Below are positions 17,099-24,870 of a stretch of 39,331 nt of DNA, piece after piece. Source of the stretch: Candidatus Saccharimonadota bacterium (GTDB lineage Bacteria; Patescibacteriota; Saccharimonadia; Saccharimonadales; SZUA-47); contig JAGQNQ010000003.1 of the NCBI GenBank assembly GCA_020428015.1, forward strand, positions 1-39,331. Reading direction: 5' to 3'. The translations under genes were made by a program, and so were the position numbers. The notes under the pieces were generated by a model. That model worked only from the letters and a program-made list of their open reading frames with translations. It made no database searches and was not told the DNA's origin. Numbering within the stretch: position 1 is the stretch's first letter; each line of letters begins with the position of its first letter.

Positions 17099-18112
17099 CT
17101 ATTTGAGCCAGTATAGACGAGGGCCACGGATTTTAGGAATCTTTTTTAAGTGGCCATGACGTGCTTCGTCAATGACATGTTCGTGCTCGTGAGCCTTATG
17201 TAGTGCGTGATCGTATCGCTCCTTTGACTTAAGTATTGCGACTTTTTCAGCCTCAGAGATTGCCATAGTCGACAGTACTCTTTTTAGATCAGCAGTGTCC
17301 AGGTCAAGAATATCTCCATAGAGTCGATGCTCTTTCACGGCTTCTCGATGGAGCTCTGTTACTCGGTTTGCGTGTTTTGCTATGCCCAGTTCAAATCGCC
17401 GTTCGGCATTAGTTCCTGGAGTAAACTGTTCGGGGTGTTGAAGAGGGCCACCCTTTCTGTACGGTCCAGTATAGCCGACTTGATTAGCCGGGAAACTATT
17501 TGCCTTAGCCAAATCTTGACCTCTTAAAGAACCCGGGTTTCTGGTTTCTCGATGGAATGCTCCACCCCACCTGTCTAGTGAGCTATAAGGACGAACTGGC
17601 TCGACTGCACCGGTTTGGCGATTAGTCTGCGTTCTATCTTCAGGGTGTAGTCGTAAATGTGCCCTTTCAGCTATCTCCATTCGGCGTATATCTGCCAAGC
17701 TCTTCGCTCCTTTTCCTGTTTTGGCGGGGCCACGGCGACGAGCTATCTTGTGAGCAATTGCTTCCGCACCTTTCTTTACGCCATACGCTGCTCCGATTGC
17801 ACCGAGTGCAAGTATAGGCAATGATACTATATTGTTCCCTGAGGTTATTTCTGGCAGATTAATTCCGACCAAAGCCTCGGTGTTTTCTGGGGAGTGACTT
17901 TGAGCCTTAGTTGAATTTCCCATTTCTTCTGCTTTGAAAAAGGCATGCTCCACCGGTTCTGTAGTGTGATTTGCTGCAACTCCCGTGAGATCGATATTAA
18001 ATATATGTCCGTCGGGTCCAACAACTTGGACCGGGCTGCTGTTTATCTGTCCGACCTCTGTTGCTATAATCTTTGTATCTTGGTTAGGATTGAAATTTGG
18101 AGCATTTTCCAT
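17099..18112 (-). CDS. Unknown bitopic membrane protein with a basic, His-rich C-terminal half
   Basis: 337-aa ORF with a single central TM helix (IVSLPILALGAIGAAYGV). TATAAT (18125-18120) lies 7 nt before the ATG with no SD. Confidence 0.6.
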   Translation of the reverse strand: MENAPNFNPNQDTKIIATEVGQINSSPVQVVGPDGHIFNIDLTGVAANHTTEPVEHAFFKAEEMGNSTKAQSHSPENTEALVGINLPEITSGNNIVSLPILALGAIGAAYGVKKGAEAIAHKIARRRGPAKTGKGAKSLADIRRMEIAERAHLRLHPEDRTQTNRQTGAVEPVRPYSSLDRWGGAFHRETRNPGSLRGQDLAKANSFPANQVGYTGPYRKGGPLQHPEQFTPGTNAERRFELGIAKHANRVTELHREAVKEHRLYGDILDLDTADLKRVLSTMAISEAEKVAILKSKERYDHALHKAHEHEHVIDEARHGHLKKIPKIRGPRLYWLK

Positions 18113-18167
18113 GAGTTAGATTATAGCAAAAAATACCAAAATTGTCAATATGCTTATGCTGTATTTA

Positions 18168-18437
18168 TTATTTGACTTTAGTACAGTATCTTTGAGGGTC
18201 TTCTTCTAACTCATGAGGTAGAGAACGCCAAGCTTCAAGGGTGTACATTTTAAGTCCGAGGACGCCATAGTCTACTTTATAGAAGCCAAAGTTATCGGTT
18301 GACAATGCTTCGGGGTGTGATTCGGTTAGGTCTTGCGCCATAACACCAACGTACTTTTGCTTACTCCAAATATATTCAAAGCTGTAGAGTTTGATGCCTG
18401 CACCCGTAGTTGTAAGGTACGAGATATTTTTTTTCAA
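18168..18437 (-). CDS. Peptidase S74-type intramolecular chaperone domain (phage tail-fibre/endosialidase C-terminal domain), in frame with the upstream ORF across a TGA
   Basis: (R)LKKNISYL..IKLYSFEYIW..YVGVMAQDLTESHPEAL....FYKVDYGVLGL matches the S74 pattern SDxRxKxNI ... F.y ... G(F/V)(I/M)AQ(D/E) ... (V)(D/N)Y. There is no ATG before residue 31 and no SD before TTG 18437. See the finding on the in-frame TGA. Confidence 0.6.
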   Translation of the reverse strand: MKKNISYLTTTGAGIKLYSFEYIWSKQKYVGVMAQDLTESHPEALSTDNFGFYKVDYGVLGLKMYTLEAWRSLPHELEEDPQRYCTKVK

Positions 18438-18440
18438 GCG

Positions 18441-21230
18441 TCAGTCTGACGTAGTGCCGGTGCCCGCGCCAGGTGGTCCAGGAGGTTGAATCCCCTGCTG
18501 TGCTGCCTGCTGAGCTCGCGCTCCTTGCAGGGCGTCAACACCATACTCTTTGCGACGATCCAAAAATTCTTTTGATTCGTTTGATTGAGGAAGTTGCTGG
18601 ATGAGCTCTCTGATTGTTGTTGGTGGTGGGTTTGTCACGGTTCGTTTTACTACGTTGCCGTTCACATCAATTTGAGGCTGACCATTTTGTCCATATACCA
18701 TTTGTTCAGTGGTTAATGTCACACCCGAAATTTGTTGACCCATAAGCTCATTGGCAAAAGCAGCTGCGTTTTGGGGTGCGGCCTGTCCCATCGCGTCGTA
18801 TAGCCCGGCAGCAGCTGCAGTTGCTGCAGAGACATCATCAATGTTCGCAGCACGCCCCAGCGATTCAATTACTGTTCCATTGTTCATGCTGTCGATAAGT
18901 CCCTGGATCCTTCTTGCGTGGGCCTGGCCAATAGCAGCTGCACTGTTCGGCTTACCGTACATGGCCTCTTGAGGGGTTGCAGAGTCAAGTACATCGTCAT
19001 ATATGATTTGCGAAGCCTCTGCCTCAAGTCCTTCTCGCCGATCCCGCGCGATAATATTATTTCGATCGCCGTGACTTCCTGCTTGATATAATCTACCCAT
19101 TTGTGCCGCCATTGTGGCATAACCAGCTTTTCCGAGTGCAACTTGCCCAGCCTGCACAGAAGCACTTCGCATTCGAGCCAGTGCAGCACCTGCTCCAGCG
19201 CGGTCGTCGCCATATGCCTCGTTGATATCATTTAGCATTGCGGCAACATCAACACCGGTATGTCGCTCTCCATTCTCGTCAACGTAATCGTACTGGTATG
19301 CAGTTCCAGTTGCTGCTTGAGCCTCAACCCTCGCCTTATTAAAAGCCTCAAATCCAACCTTTTTCTGTGCTCTTACAATCGATGCAACCGCACTATCCAG
19401 GGCAGCAGGATCTGTAGTGAAGCGATCCCCTCCCTGTCGGATTAGCTCTGCTCGAATATCGGACTCGTCTTTAAATCGCGCAGCCCAAAGCATGTCGTCG
19501 TCTCCTTTAATGACCGCAAAGTCGTGATCTTTTTGGGCGAATTCCTGTGCCTCATGTCCTGAATGAGCATTCATTCCTTGTGCTATGTTTCGGCGCCATT
19601 TGCGTGGGTTGGCACTAAAAGCGTTTGGATCCTTTGCTTGATAGGCAAATTCCCCAGCTCTGTTAAGTCGTGCTCGTATTCCAGTTTCGCCCGCACGCTT
19701 ATACCTATTACCTGAAGCAGCATCATGAGCAAGTTGTTTTCGCTTTTCAGATCGATATTTCCTTGAACGGTCGAATAATCCCTTGCTTCGGTCATTGACC
19801 ATGCCGGCAATGCTTGAGAAAGCGTTACCCGCGTACTGAAATGCCTTAGGAATGAAAAAGAAGGGGCCTATGTAGGCAGTAAGTTTTATCAATATAATAA
19901 ACACTCCACCGTCACCGGCAGCACCTGCAGTGTTGTTTATTAACACGGCAAATCCCCTACCAGTCATAAGTAACCCAACAATTATTGGATAGAGAAGTAA
20001 TAATTTTGAAAAAGTTCCCCACCATAACTTCCATAGCTTATCGTTACCTGGGAAAATCCAAGATAGAATTGCCACAGGTGCCATTATCACTAAGAAAATT
20101 ATCAAAAGTTCTCTGACGGTTAATATAAAGAAAATAATTAACAAAGCTAAAGCTGCAGTGCCTAGGTAACTGGCAAGTATTCCTATAGAAACTGCTCCGA
20201 TACCGAAAAGTGCTACAGCAGCTAGTGGTCCAAAAGTAGCGATAGCAACATCATTACCAATGCTTGCATTAAAAACATTCTGCAACGTTAGTTTGTCTGC
20301 TCCACCAAAAGGCTGAGCTATAAGCCCGCCTACGCCCCTACCGATAGCATTTGTCATTTCAATCATTATCCTTGCGACGTCAAATGATAGTGCAATAAAG
20401 ATAATAGCAATAATCAAGCGGGGCATTGCCCTCTTAACTGTATAGGCGTCTAGAAATTTAAATCCGAGAGCTGTCCCAATAACCATTACTAGCATAATAG
20501 GTATTAATAGAACGTAGGCTATGTTCCGTATCCTGGCCCATGCTAGTTCCACTGATCCTGTTTGCCCACTTGCCTGATTTTGAAGATATTCAGGGTTGAC
20601 CTCTAGGGCCTGCCGCACCCTTCCGTCTAAGTAATCAACTACTTCATTTGCACCCCTTAGAAGAGGGCATAAAATAAAACTAAACTCACCTCCCTCATCT
20701 TCACAGCTGGCAGAGGCACCACTGGCGGTTTGTGGTAGGCCAGCCGAGCCCACAGATGATGTGTTGGGGTTGGTTGCAACAAAGTTACAGCTGATTCCAT
20801 CCCATGTCCCATTTGCATCTCTACAAGCATTTGAATCCGTTATATTAACAACCGTTCCTTCGACGTTGGGGTTAAGTTCTACTATATTGCAGTCAACACC
20901 TACAATCTGATTTCCTTTTCCGGCATCAACTACGGAACCCCAAAGACCGAGTACATCAGCCGTATCAGGGTTGTCCATAATAATATCTTCACCACAAACA
21001 AAGTTCGGGGGCAGGTATATTAGCCAATTTTTGGTAGCGACATCTCTTTTATCGACACCTGCCAAGGTATACGTTACCCCCCTGAAGCTAACTTGCTGGC
21101 CTGAAATATACGCTGACTCAGCACTCGCCAAGAGAGTCATAGACATAAACGAAACTAAAAACACAAACAAAATTATCGGAAATCTGAACGATTTCATTTT
21201 TGATAAAAACATATGCACTAATTTTAACAC
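18441..21230 (-). CDS. VirB6/TrbL-like polytopic T4SS channel protein with an N-terminal secreted Cys-containing head domain and a ~450-aa hydrophilic C-terminal tail
   Basis: 929-aa ORF: signal peptide (..FMSMTLLASAESA), a ~150-aa ectodomain, at least 6 TM helices (e.g. IAYVLLIPIMLVMVIGTALGF, LALLIIFFILTVRELLIIFLVIMAPVAILSWIF), then a long Ala/Gly/Gln-rich tail ending ..GAGTGTTSD-TGA. The VirB6 call rests on topology and operon context. The start is ambiguous (GTG 21230, ATG 21212 or ATG 21197). Confidence 0.65.
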   Translation of the reverse strand: MLKLVHMFLSKMKSFRFPIILFVFLVSFMSMTLLASAESAYISGQQVSFRGVTYTLAGVDKRDVATKNWLIYLPPNFVCGEDIIMDNPDTADVLGLWGSVVDAGKGNQIVGVDCNIVELNPNVEGTVVNITDSNACRDANGTWDGISCNFVATNPNTSSVGSAGLPQTASGASASCEDEGGEFSFILCPLLRGANEVVDYLDGRVRQALEVNPEYLQNQASGQTGSVELAWARIRNIAYVLLIPIMLVMVIGTALGFKFLDAYTVKRAMPRLIIAIIFIALSFDVARIMIEMTNAIGRGVGGLIAQPFGGADKLTLQNVFNASIGNDVAIATFGPLAAVALFGIGAVSIGILASYLGTAALALLIIFFILTVRELLIIFLVIMAPVAILSWIFPGNDKLWKLWWGTFSKLLLLYPIIVGLLMTGRGFAVLINNTAGAAGDGGVFIILIKLTAYIGPFFFIPKAFQYAGNAFSSIAGMVNDRSKGLFDRSRKYRSEKRKQLAHDAASGNRYKRAGETGIRARLNRAGEFAYQAKDPNAFSANPRKWRRNIAQGMNAHSGHEAQEFAQKDHDFAVIKGDDDMLWAARFKDESDIRAELIRQGGDRFTTDPAALDSAVASIVRAQKKVGFEAFNKARVEAQAATGTAYQYDYVDENGERHTGVDVAAMLNDINEAYGDDRAGAGAALARMRSASVQAGQVALGKAGYATMAAQMGRLYQAGSHGDRNNIIARDRREGLEAEASQIIYDDVLDSATPQEAMYGKPNSAAAIGQAHARRIQGLIDSMNNGTVIESLGRAANIDDVSAATAAAAGLYDAMGQAAPQNAAAFANELMGQQISGVTLTTEQMVYGQNGQPQIDVNGNVVKRTVTNPPPTTIRELIQQLPQSNESKEFLDRRKEYGVDALQGARAQQAAQQGIQPPGPPGAGTGTTSD

Positions 21231-21280
21231 TGTTTATAAAGCCCACAAAAACAAAATAACGGATAGCAAAAACCATATAC

Positions 21281-21309
21281 ATGACAAAAATGTACTATTT
21301 AGCTAAACT
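21281..21309 (+). promoter_or_regulatory. Candidate promoter of the plus-strand pilin operon in the 85-nt divergent control region
   Basis: ATGACA (21281-21286), a 17-nt spacer, then TAAACT (21304-21309), with ATG 21316 only 6 nt further on. A small inverted repeat TACAT-N7-ATGTA (21279-21295) overlaps the -35. Confidence 0.35.
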
Positions 21310-21315
21310 GATGCT

Positions 21316-21921
21316 ATGGATAATCAAGAACAAAAAAATAACGACTATGCATTTTTAGTCGACCCTTTGCAACATGTTACCCCTCCTGCCAATAATAGGT
21401 TCAACAAGAAATACCTAATCATAATTTTAGCTATGGTTGTAGCAGTAATGCTTACTGTGTTGGCGATTATTGCTTCGGTAGTTAGTAATACAAACAATGC
21501 GGTTAATGAAGACATCCAAGTTCAGAAAATCACATCATCAGATGCAGCGCCTGCAATTGAAAAAATGCAAAATTTAATATCTGCATTCTCTAATCAAGAC
21601 TATAAAACAGCGGTTAATCTGATTAGTCCAGAGTCGCAGATTTATTTATCAGGTGTTAATCAGCCAACATTAAATGCATATACAGGAGAAGGAGTTCAGT
21701 GGAGTTCATGCAAGCAAATTCAAAAGGATAGCTACGATACCACAGAAGACATATCTAATTCTCAAACATTTCAGGTGATTTATATAGACTACTCATGCCC
21801 ATATAAAGGAGAAGACAACAATAAAAGGGTTACATTTGATGTTCGGAAAAACCTATCGATAAATAATAGTGACTGGAAGTTATACTATATAGTTGTAGTA
21901 GAAGGTGCAAATGAGCAGTAA
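21316..21921 (+). CDS. Unknown membrane-anchored protein (first gene of the plus operon)
   Basis: 201-aa ORF with one TM helix (YLIIILAMVVAVMLTVLAIIASVV) and then a small globular ectodomain. It overlaps the next gene by 11 nt. Confidence 0.6.
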   Translation: MDNQEQKNNDYAFLVDPLQHVTPPANNRFNKKYLIIILAMVVAVMLTVLAIIASVVSNTNNAVNEDIQVQKITSSDAAPAIEKMQNLISAFSNQDYKTAVNLISPESQIYLSGVNQPTLNAYTGEGVQWSSCKQIQKDSYDTTEDISNSQTFQVIYIDYSCPYKGEDNNKRVTFDVRKNLSINNSDWKLYYIVVVEGANEQ

Positions 21922-23182
21922 AAGAAAAATGACATTAAACAAACTGATTAACGGGTTAACGGTATTACTCTTGTTTTTGGGCACATTTATATTTTCAACT
22001 TCTCTTGTATCGGCTGAAGATGCTCTGGTTTCAGGTAATCAGATAAAATATCAAGGAGTTACTTACACGTATAAGGGTATCGACAATAGGCCAAGTAGCA
22101 GGATTTACGGATGGAAAATTTATCTGCCAGTTGGATTTAGTTGCGGTGACAATATTATTGTAGACAATCCTGAAACATCCGGAACGGTAGCATATAGAGG
22201 TACAACAGCTTCATCTGGAGAGGCAAGTCCAATAATTGGGGACTGTAAAACAGTTGTAGAAAATGTACAGCCAGCAATTGTAAATATTGACACTGAGAGT
22301 CTATGCAGTACCAATAATGGTATATGGACTGGGACAGAATGTAACTTTAACGGCGTTGGTCTGAATTTGCCTCTACCGTCCGGCAGATGCTACTCTTCAA
22401 ACGGCTCAAACTATAACGTAATAAATTGCCCTACGGGAAGTAGCCCAGGTCAAAACTGCATAGTTACTCACCCGCCTGCATCTGGACCTGTACAGATTAG
22501 CTGTAACACTGGACTGCCATTAGCTACAAGCCAAGGCGGCACAATTAATTGTAGTAATACAGTTACCATTGATTGCGTACAAGATGATGGCTTATACCGC
22601 TGCTGGGACGGTTCAGCAATTGCAATGGCAAGGGGATCCACCTGCCCAGTAAACGCCGATCTAGTTCATAGAACTATTTGCGAAAATACAGGAGGAGACT
22701 GGAGGCTTGGAATAAATGACACCTACAGTTGCTTCTGCCCTAATAATTTGGCCTTCGATCAGACCAATGGGTGCCCTGATCCATTAGTGAATAATACAGA
22801 TCGCCAACAAGCGTGTGAAGGATCAGGAGGTGTATGGCAGGCACAATCGGGCGGAACTACTGGGTGTTCGTGTCCGTCTTCTGGTCAATTGAATGCTGAT
22901 GGATCATGTCCTAAATACGATTGTTCTGACCCAGAATTAAATGCAAAAAATTGCCAGATTGTAAATTATTTAGTCGGAGGCATAAACTTCTTGTCGGCAG
23001 TTGCAGGACTCGCTATAGTAGCATCAATAATGATTGCAGGGTATCAATATATGACGGCCCGTGATAATTCGGGGCAGATTGAGGCAGCAAAGAAGCGAAT
23101 TATATGGGCACTTGTCGCTCTTGGCCTATTCCTATTTATGTACGCTCTCTTGAATTTCCTTGTTCCTGGAGGTGTCATATAA
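21911..23182 (+). CDS. Giant pilin: signal peptide + Cys-rich ectodomain + C-terminal TrbC/VirB2-type T4SS-pilin domain
   Basis: ATG 21911 follows AGAAGG. I count 22 Cys in the ectodomain. The C-terminus, IVNYLVGGINFLSAVAGLAIVASIMIAGYQYMTARDNSGQIEAAKKRIIWALVALGLFLFMYALLNFLV, has the same helix-loop-helix pilin module as the five downstream genes. Confidence 0.7.
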   Translation: MSSKRKMTLNKLINGLTVLLLFLGTFIFSTSLVSAEDALVSGNQIKYQGVTYTYKGIDNRPSSRIYGWKIYLPVGFSCGDNIIVDNPETSGTVAYRGTTASSGEASPIIGDCKTVVENVQPAIVNIDTESLCSTNNGIWTGTECNFNGVGLNLPLPSGRCYSSNGSNYNVINCPTGSSPGQNCIVTHPPASGPVQISCNTGLPLATSQGGTINCSNTVTIDCVQDDGLYRCWDGSAIAMARGSTCPVNADLVHRTICENTGGDWRLGINDTYSCFCPNNLAFDQTNGCPDPLVNNTDRQQACEGSGGVWQAQSGGTTGCSCPSSGQLNADGSCPKYDCSDPELNAKNCQIVNYLVGGINFLSAVAGLAIVASIMIAGYQYMTARDNSGQIEAAKKRIIWALVALGLFLFMYALLNFLVPGGVI

Positions 23183-23608
23183 ATGAAAACATTAAAAAGT
23201 TTCGTTGCAGTGTCTTACATGTTGCTTTTAACTCTCGTTGCCGTTCCCTTTTTCACCATTCCAGCATCTGCCGCAGCTTGTAATGACTTTGATAAAACAG
23301 TACTTGGAATCCCAACATGGTACAAATACCTGCAGGGTGAGGATGTAAGCGGAAAATGTCGTCCGATAATCAACGCTTCTAAGGATGCCCTGCCGATAGG
23401 CCTCGCAGTGCTTGAGGCCGCTATGACACTCGGAGGCCTCGTTGCAGTTGTCATGATCTTTGTAGGATCGTTCAAGTTTGTAATTGCTCAAGGTGAGTCA
23501 AAAAAAATTACTGAAGCTAAAAATACCGTTATTAACTCAGTCGTCGGACTCGTTATCGTTATCATATCGACCAGGATCGTTTCATTTATTGCAGGGAGAA
23601 TAGGATAG
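23183..23608 (+). CDS. TrbC/VirB2-type T4SS pilin paralog 2
   Basis: Signal peptide ending ASAAAC, a Cys pair, then ..LGGLVAVVMIFVGSFKFVIAQGESKKITEAKNTVINSVVGLVIVIISTRIVSFI. The ATG directly follows the previous stop. Confidence 0.7.
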   Translation: MKTLKSFVAVSYMLLLTLVAVPFFTIPASAAACNDFDKTVLGIPTWYKYLQGEDVSGKCRPIINASKDALPIGLAVLEAAMTLGGLVAVVMIFVGSFKFVIAQGESKKITEAKNTVINSVVGLVIVIISTRIVSFIAGRIG

Positions 23609-23612
23609 TAAG

Positions 23613-23903
23613 ATGCAGGTTTTACATCTAATCGCACAAATAAGTATTAACAAAGGGGATCTAAACATCCCTCAATCGGATCCTTCGAGCAGTACCGTTT
23701 CTTCTGCTCTGACCTTGGCATTTGGCATCATGGGAGCCATATCGTTCTTACTAATAGTTGTATCTGGACTGAGGTTCTCTTTGAGCCGAGGAAATAGTGA
23801 ATCTGTAGCAAAAGCCCGCAACAGCATTATTTATTCGGCTGTTGGATTAGTTATCTCAATGTTAGCCTTCGCTATTGTGCGGTTTGTCGTGAGGAGTGTC
23901 TGA
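23613..23903 (+). CDS. TrbC/VirB2-type T4SS pilin paralog 3 (short, no signal peptide or Cys pair)
   Basis: ..FGIMGAISFLLIVVSGLRFSLSRGNSESVAKARNSIIYSAVGLVISMLAFAIVRFVV. Its stop overlaps the next start (ATGA). Confidence 0.6.
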   Translation: MQVLHLIAQISINKGDLNIPQSDPSSSTVSSALTLAFGIMGAISFLLIVVSGLRFSLSRGNSESVAKARNSIIYSAVGLVISMLAFAIVRFVVRSV

Positions 23904-24319
23904 TGATAGGCACGAAATCCGAAGCACGAAATCCGAAATGGCTGCAGATAATCTTTGGGATCCTAATTAGTTTCTGGGTTATTTTGGCGCCACTCACTGC
24001 TATGGCGCAGTTTGATCCACTTGCTGCGGCCTGTCAGGAAAATCCCAACGCAACGGCTTGTACAGAGAGTAAAAATGCTCAAAATCAGAACGAGAATCCA
24101 GTTACTGATACCGTCAACAAGGTAGCAAATCTGATCGCAATTGCTACAGCCGTCATATCTATCATCGTCATAATAATTGCAGGCATTTCTATGATATTTT
24201 CTGCTGGTGAGTCGTCCTCAATAAAATCTGCAAGAGACGCAATTATATATGCGGCAGTAGGTATAGTTGTCGTTGCTCTGGCAAGAACAATAGTGATTTT
24301 TATAGTAAATAGGATTTAA
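23903..24319 (+). CDS. TrbC/VirB2-type T4SS pilin paralog 4
   Basis: Signal anchor, a Cys pair (AAACQENPNATAC), then ..AVISIIVIIIAGISMIFSAGESSSIKSARDAIIYAAVGIVVVALARTIVIFIV. Confidence 0.7.
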   Translation: MIGTKSEARNPKWLQIIFGILISFWVILAPLTAMAQFDPLAAACQENPNATACTESKNAQNQNENPVTDTVNKVANLIAIATAVISIIVIIIAGISMIFSAGESSSIKSARDAIIYAAVGIVVVALARTIVIFIVNRI

Positions 24320-24330
24320 CGGGGGTAGTA

Positions 24331-24738
24331 ATGATTCGAAAAAAGATACTAACAAGTGCGGTGGGTGTCCTACTGCTTTTTGCTCCTTTTACGGCAGCGA
24401 TTACAGCTAACGCAGCAGTGGACTCCGCAAGTGACGCAAAGGCAGCGGTATGTGATGGTTTAGGGGCGGCTTCTGGAGGTAACGGTTGTGAAGATCCAGA
24501 TGGAAGTTCCTCTTTAAGTGGTACCGTCGCAGCCGCAATTAACCTTATTTCGCTGGTCGTTGCTGTTATAGCGGTATTTATGGTGATTGTCGGCGGGTTG
24601 AAGTATGTCACAAGCCAAGGAGAGTCATCGAGCACCGCGAGCGCCAAGAATACCATAATCTATGCGATAGTTGGTCTTTTGATTGCCGGGTTGGCTCAAG
24701 TGATCGTTCGTTTTGTCGTGAACAGAACTACCTCCTAG
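24331..24738 (+). CDS. TrbC/VirB2-type T4SS pilin paralog 5
   Basis: Signal peptide (..ITANAA), a Cys pair (VCDGLGAASGGNGC), then ..LVVAVIAVFMVIVGGLKYVTSQGESSSTASAKNTIIYAIVGLLIAGLAQVIVRFVV. Confidence 0.75.
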   Translation: MIRKKILTSAVGVLLLFAPFTAAITANAAVDSASDAKAAVCDGLGAASGGNGCEDPDGSSSLSGTVAAAINLISLVVAVIAVFMVIVGGLKYVTSQGESSSTASAKNTIIYAIVGLLIAGLAQVIVRFVVNRTTS

Positions 24739-24870
24739 ACACCAACGACCAATACTAGTGCTCCGGCTCGGTGGGGTACAGTAAATCCAAATATTCGTTA
24801 GACTTGAGAATCATGACGCGCTTATGATATAAAGTAAAGTAACGTAATCAAAAGAAGGAAAGACGAAAGA

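Noticed and set aside
18441-18443. Genome-wide UGA=Gly recoding (genetic code 25, as in Gracilibacteria/Absconditabacteria) as the explanation for the in-frame TGA
   Set aside because: TGA clearly terminates other genes here: yidC at 744-746, 4 nt before the jag start, and pilin paralog 3 in an ATGA overlap at 23901-23903. All long genes are intact under code 11, so any recoding would have to be site-specific.
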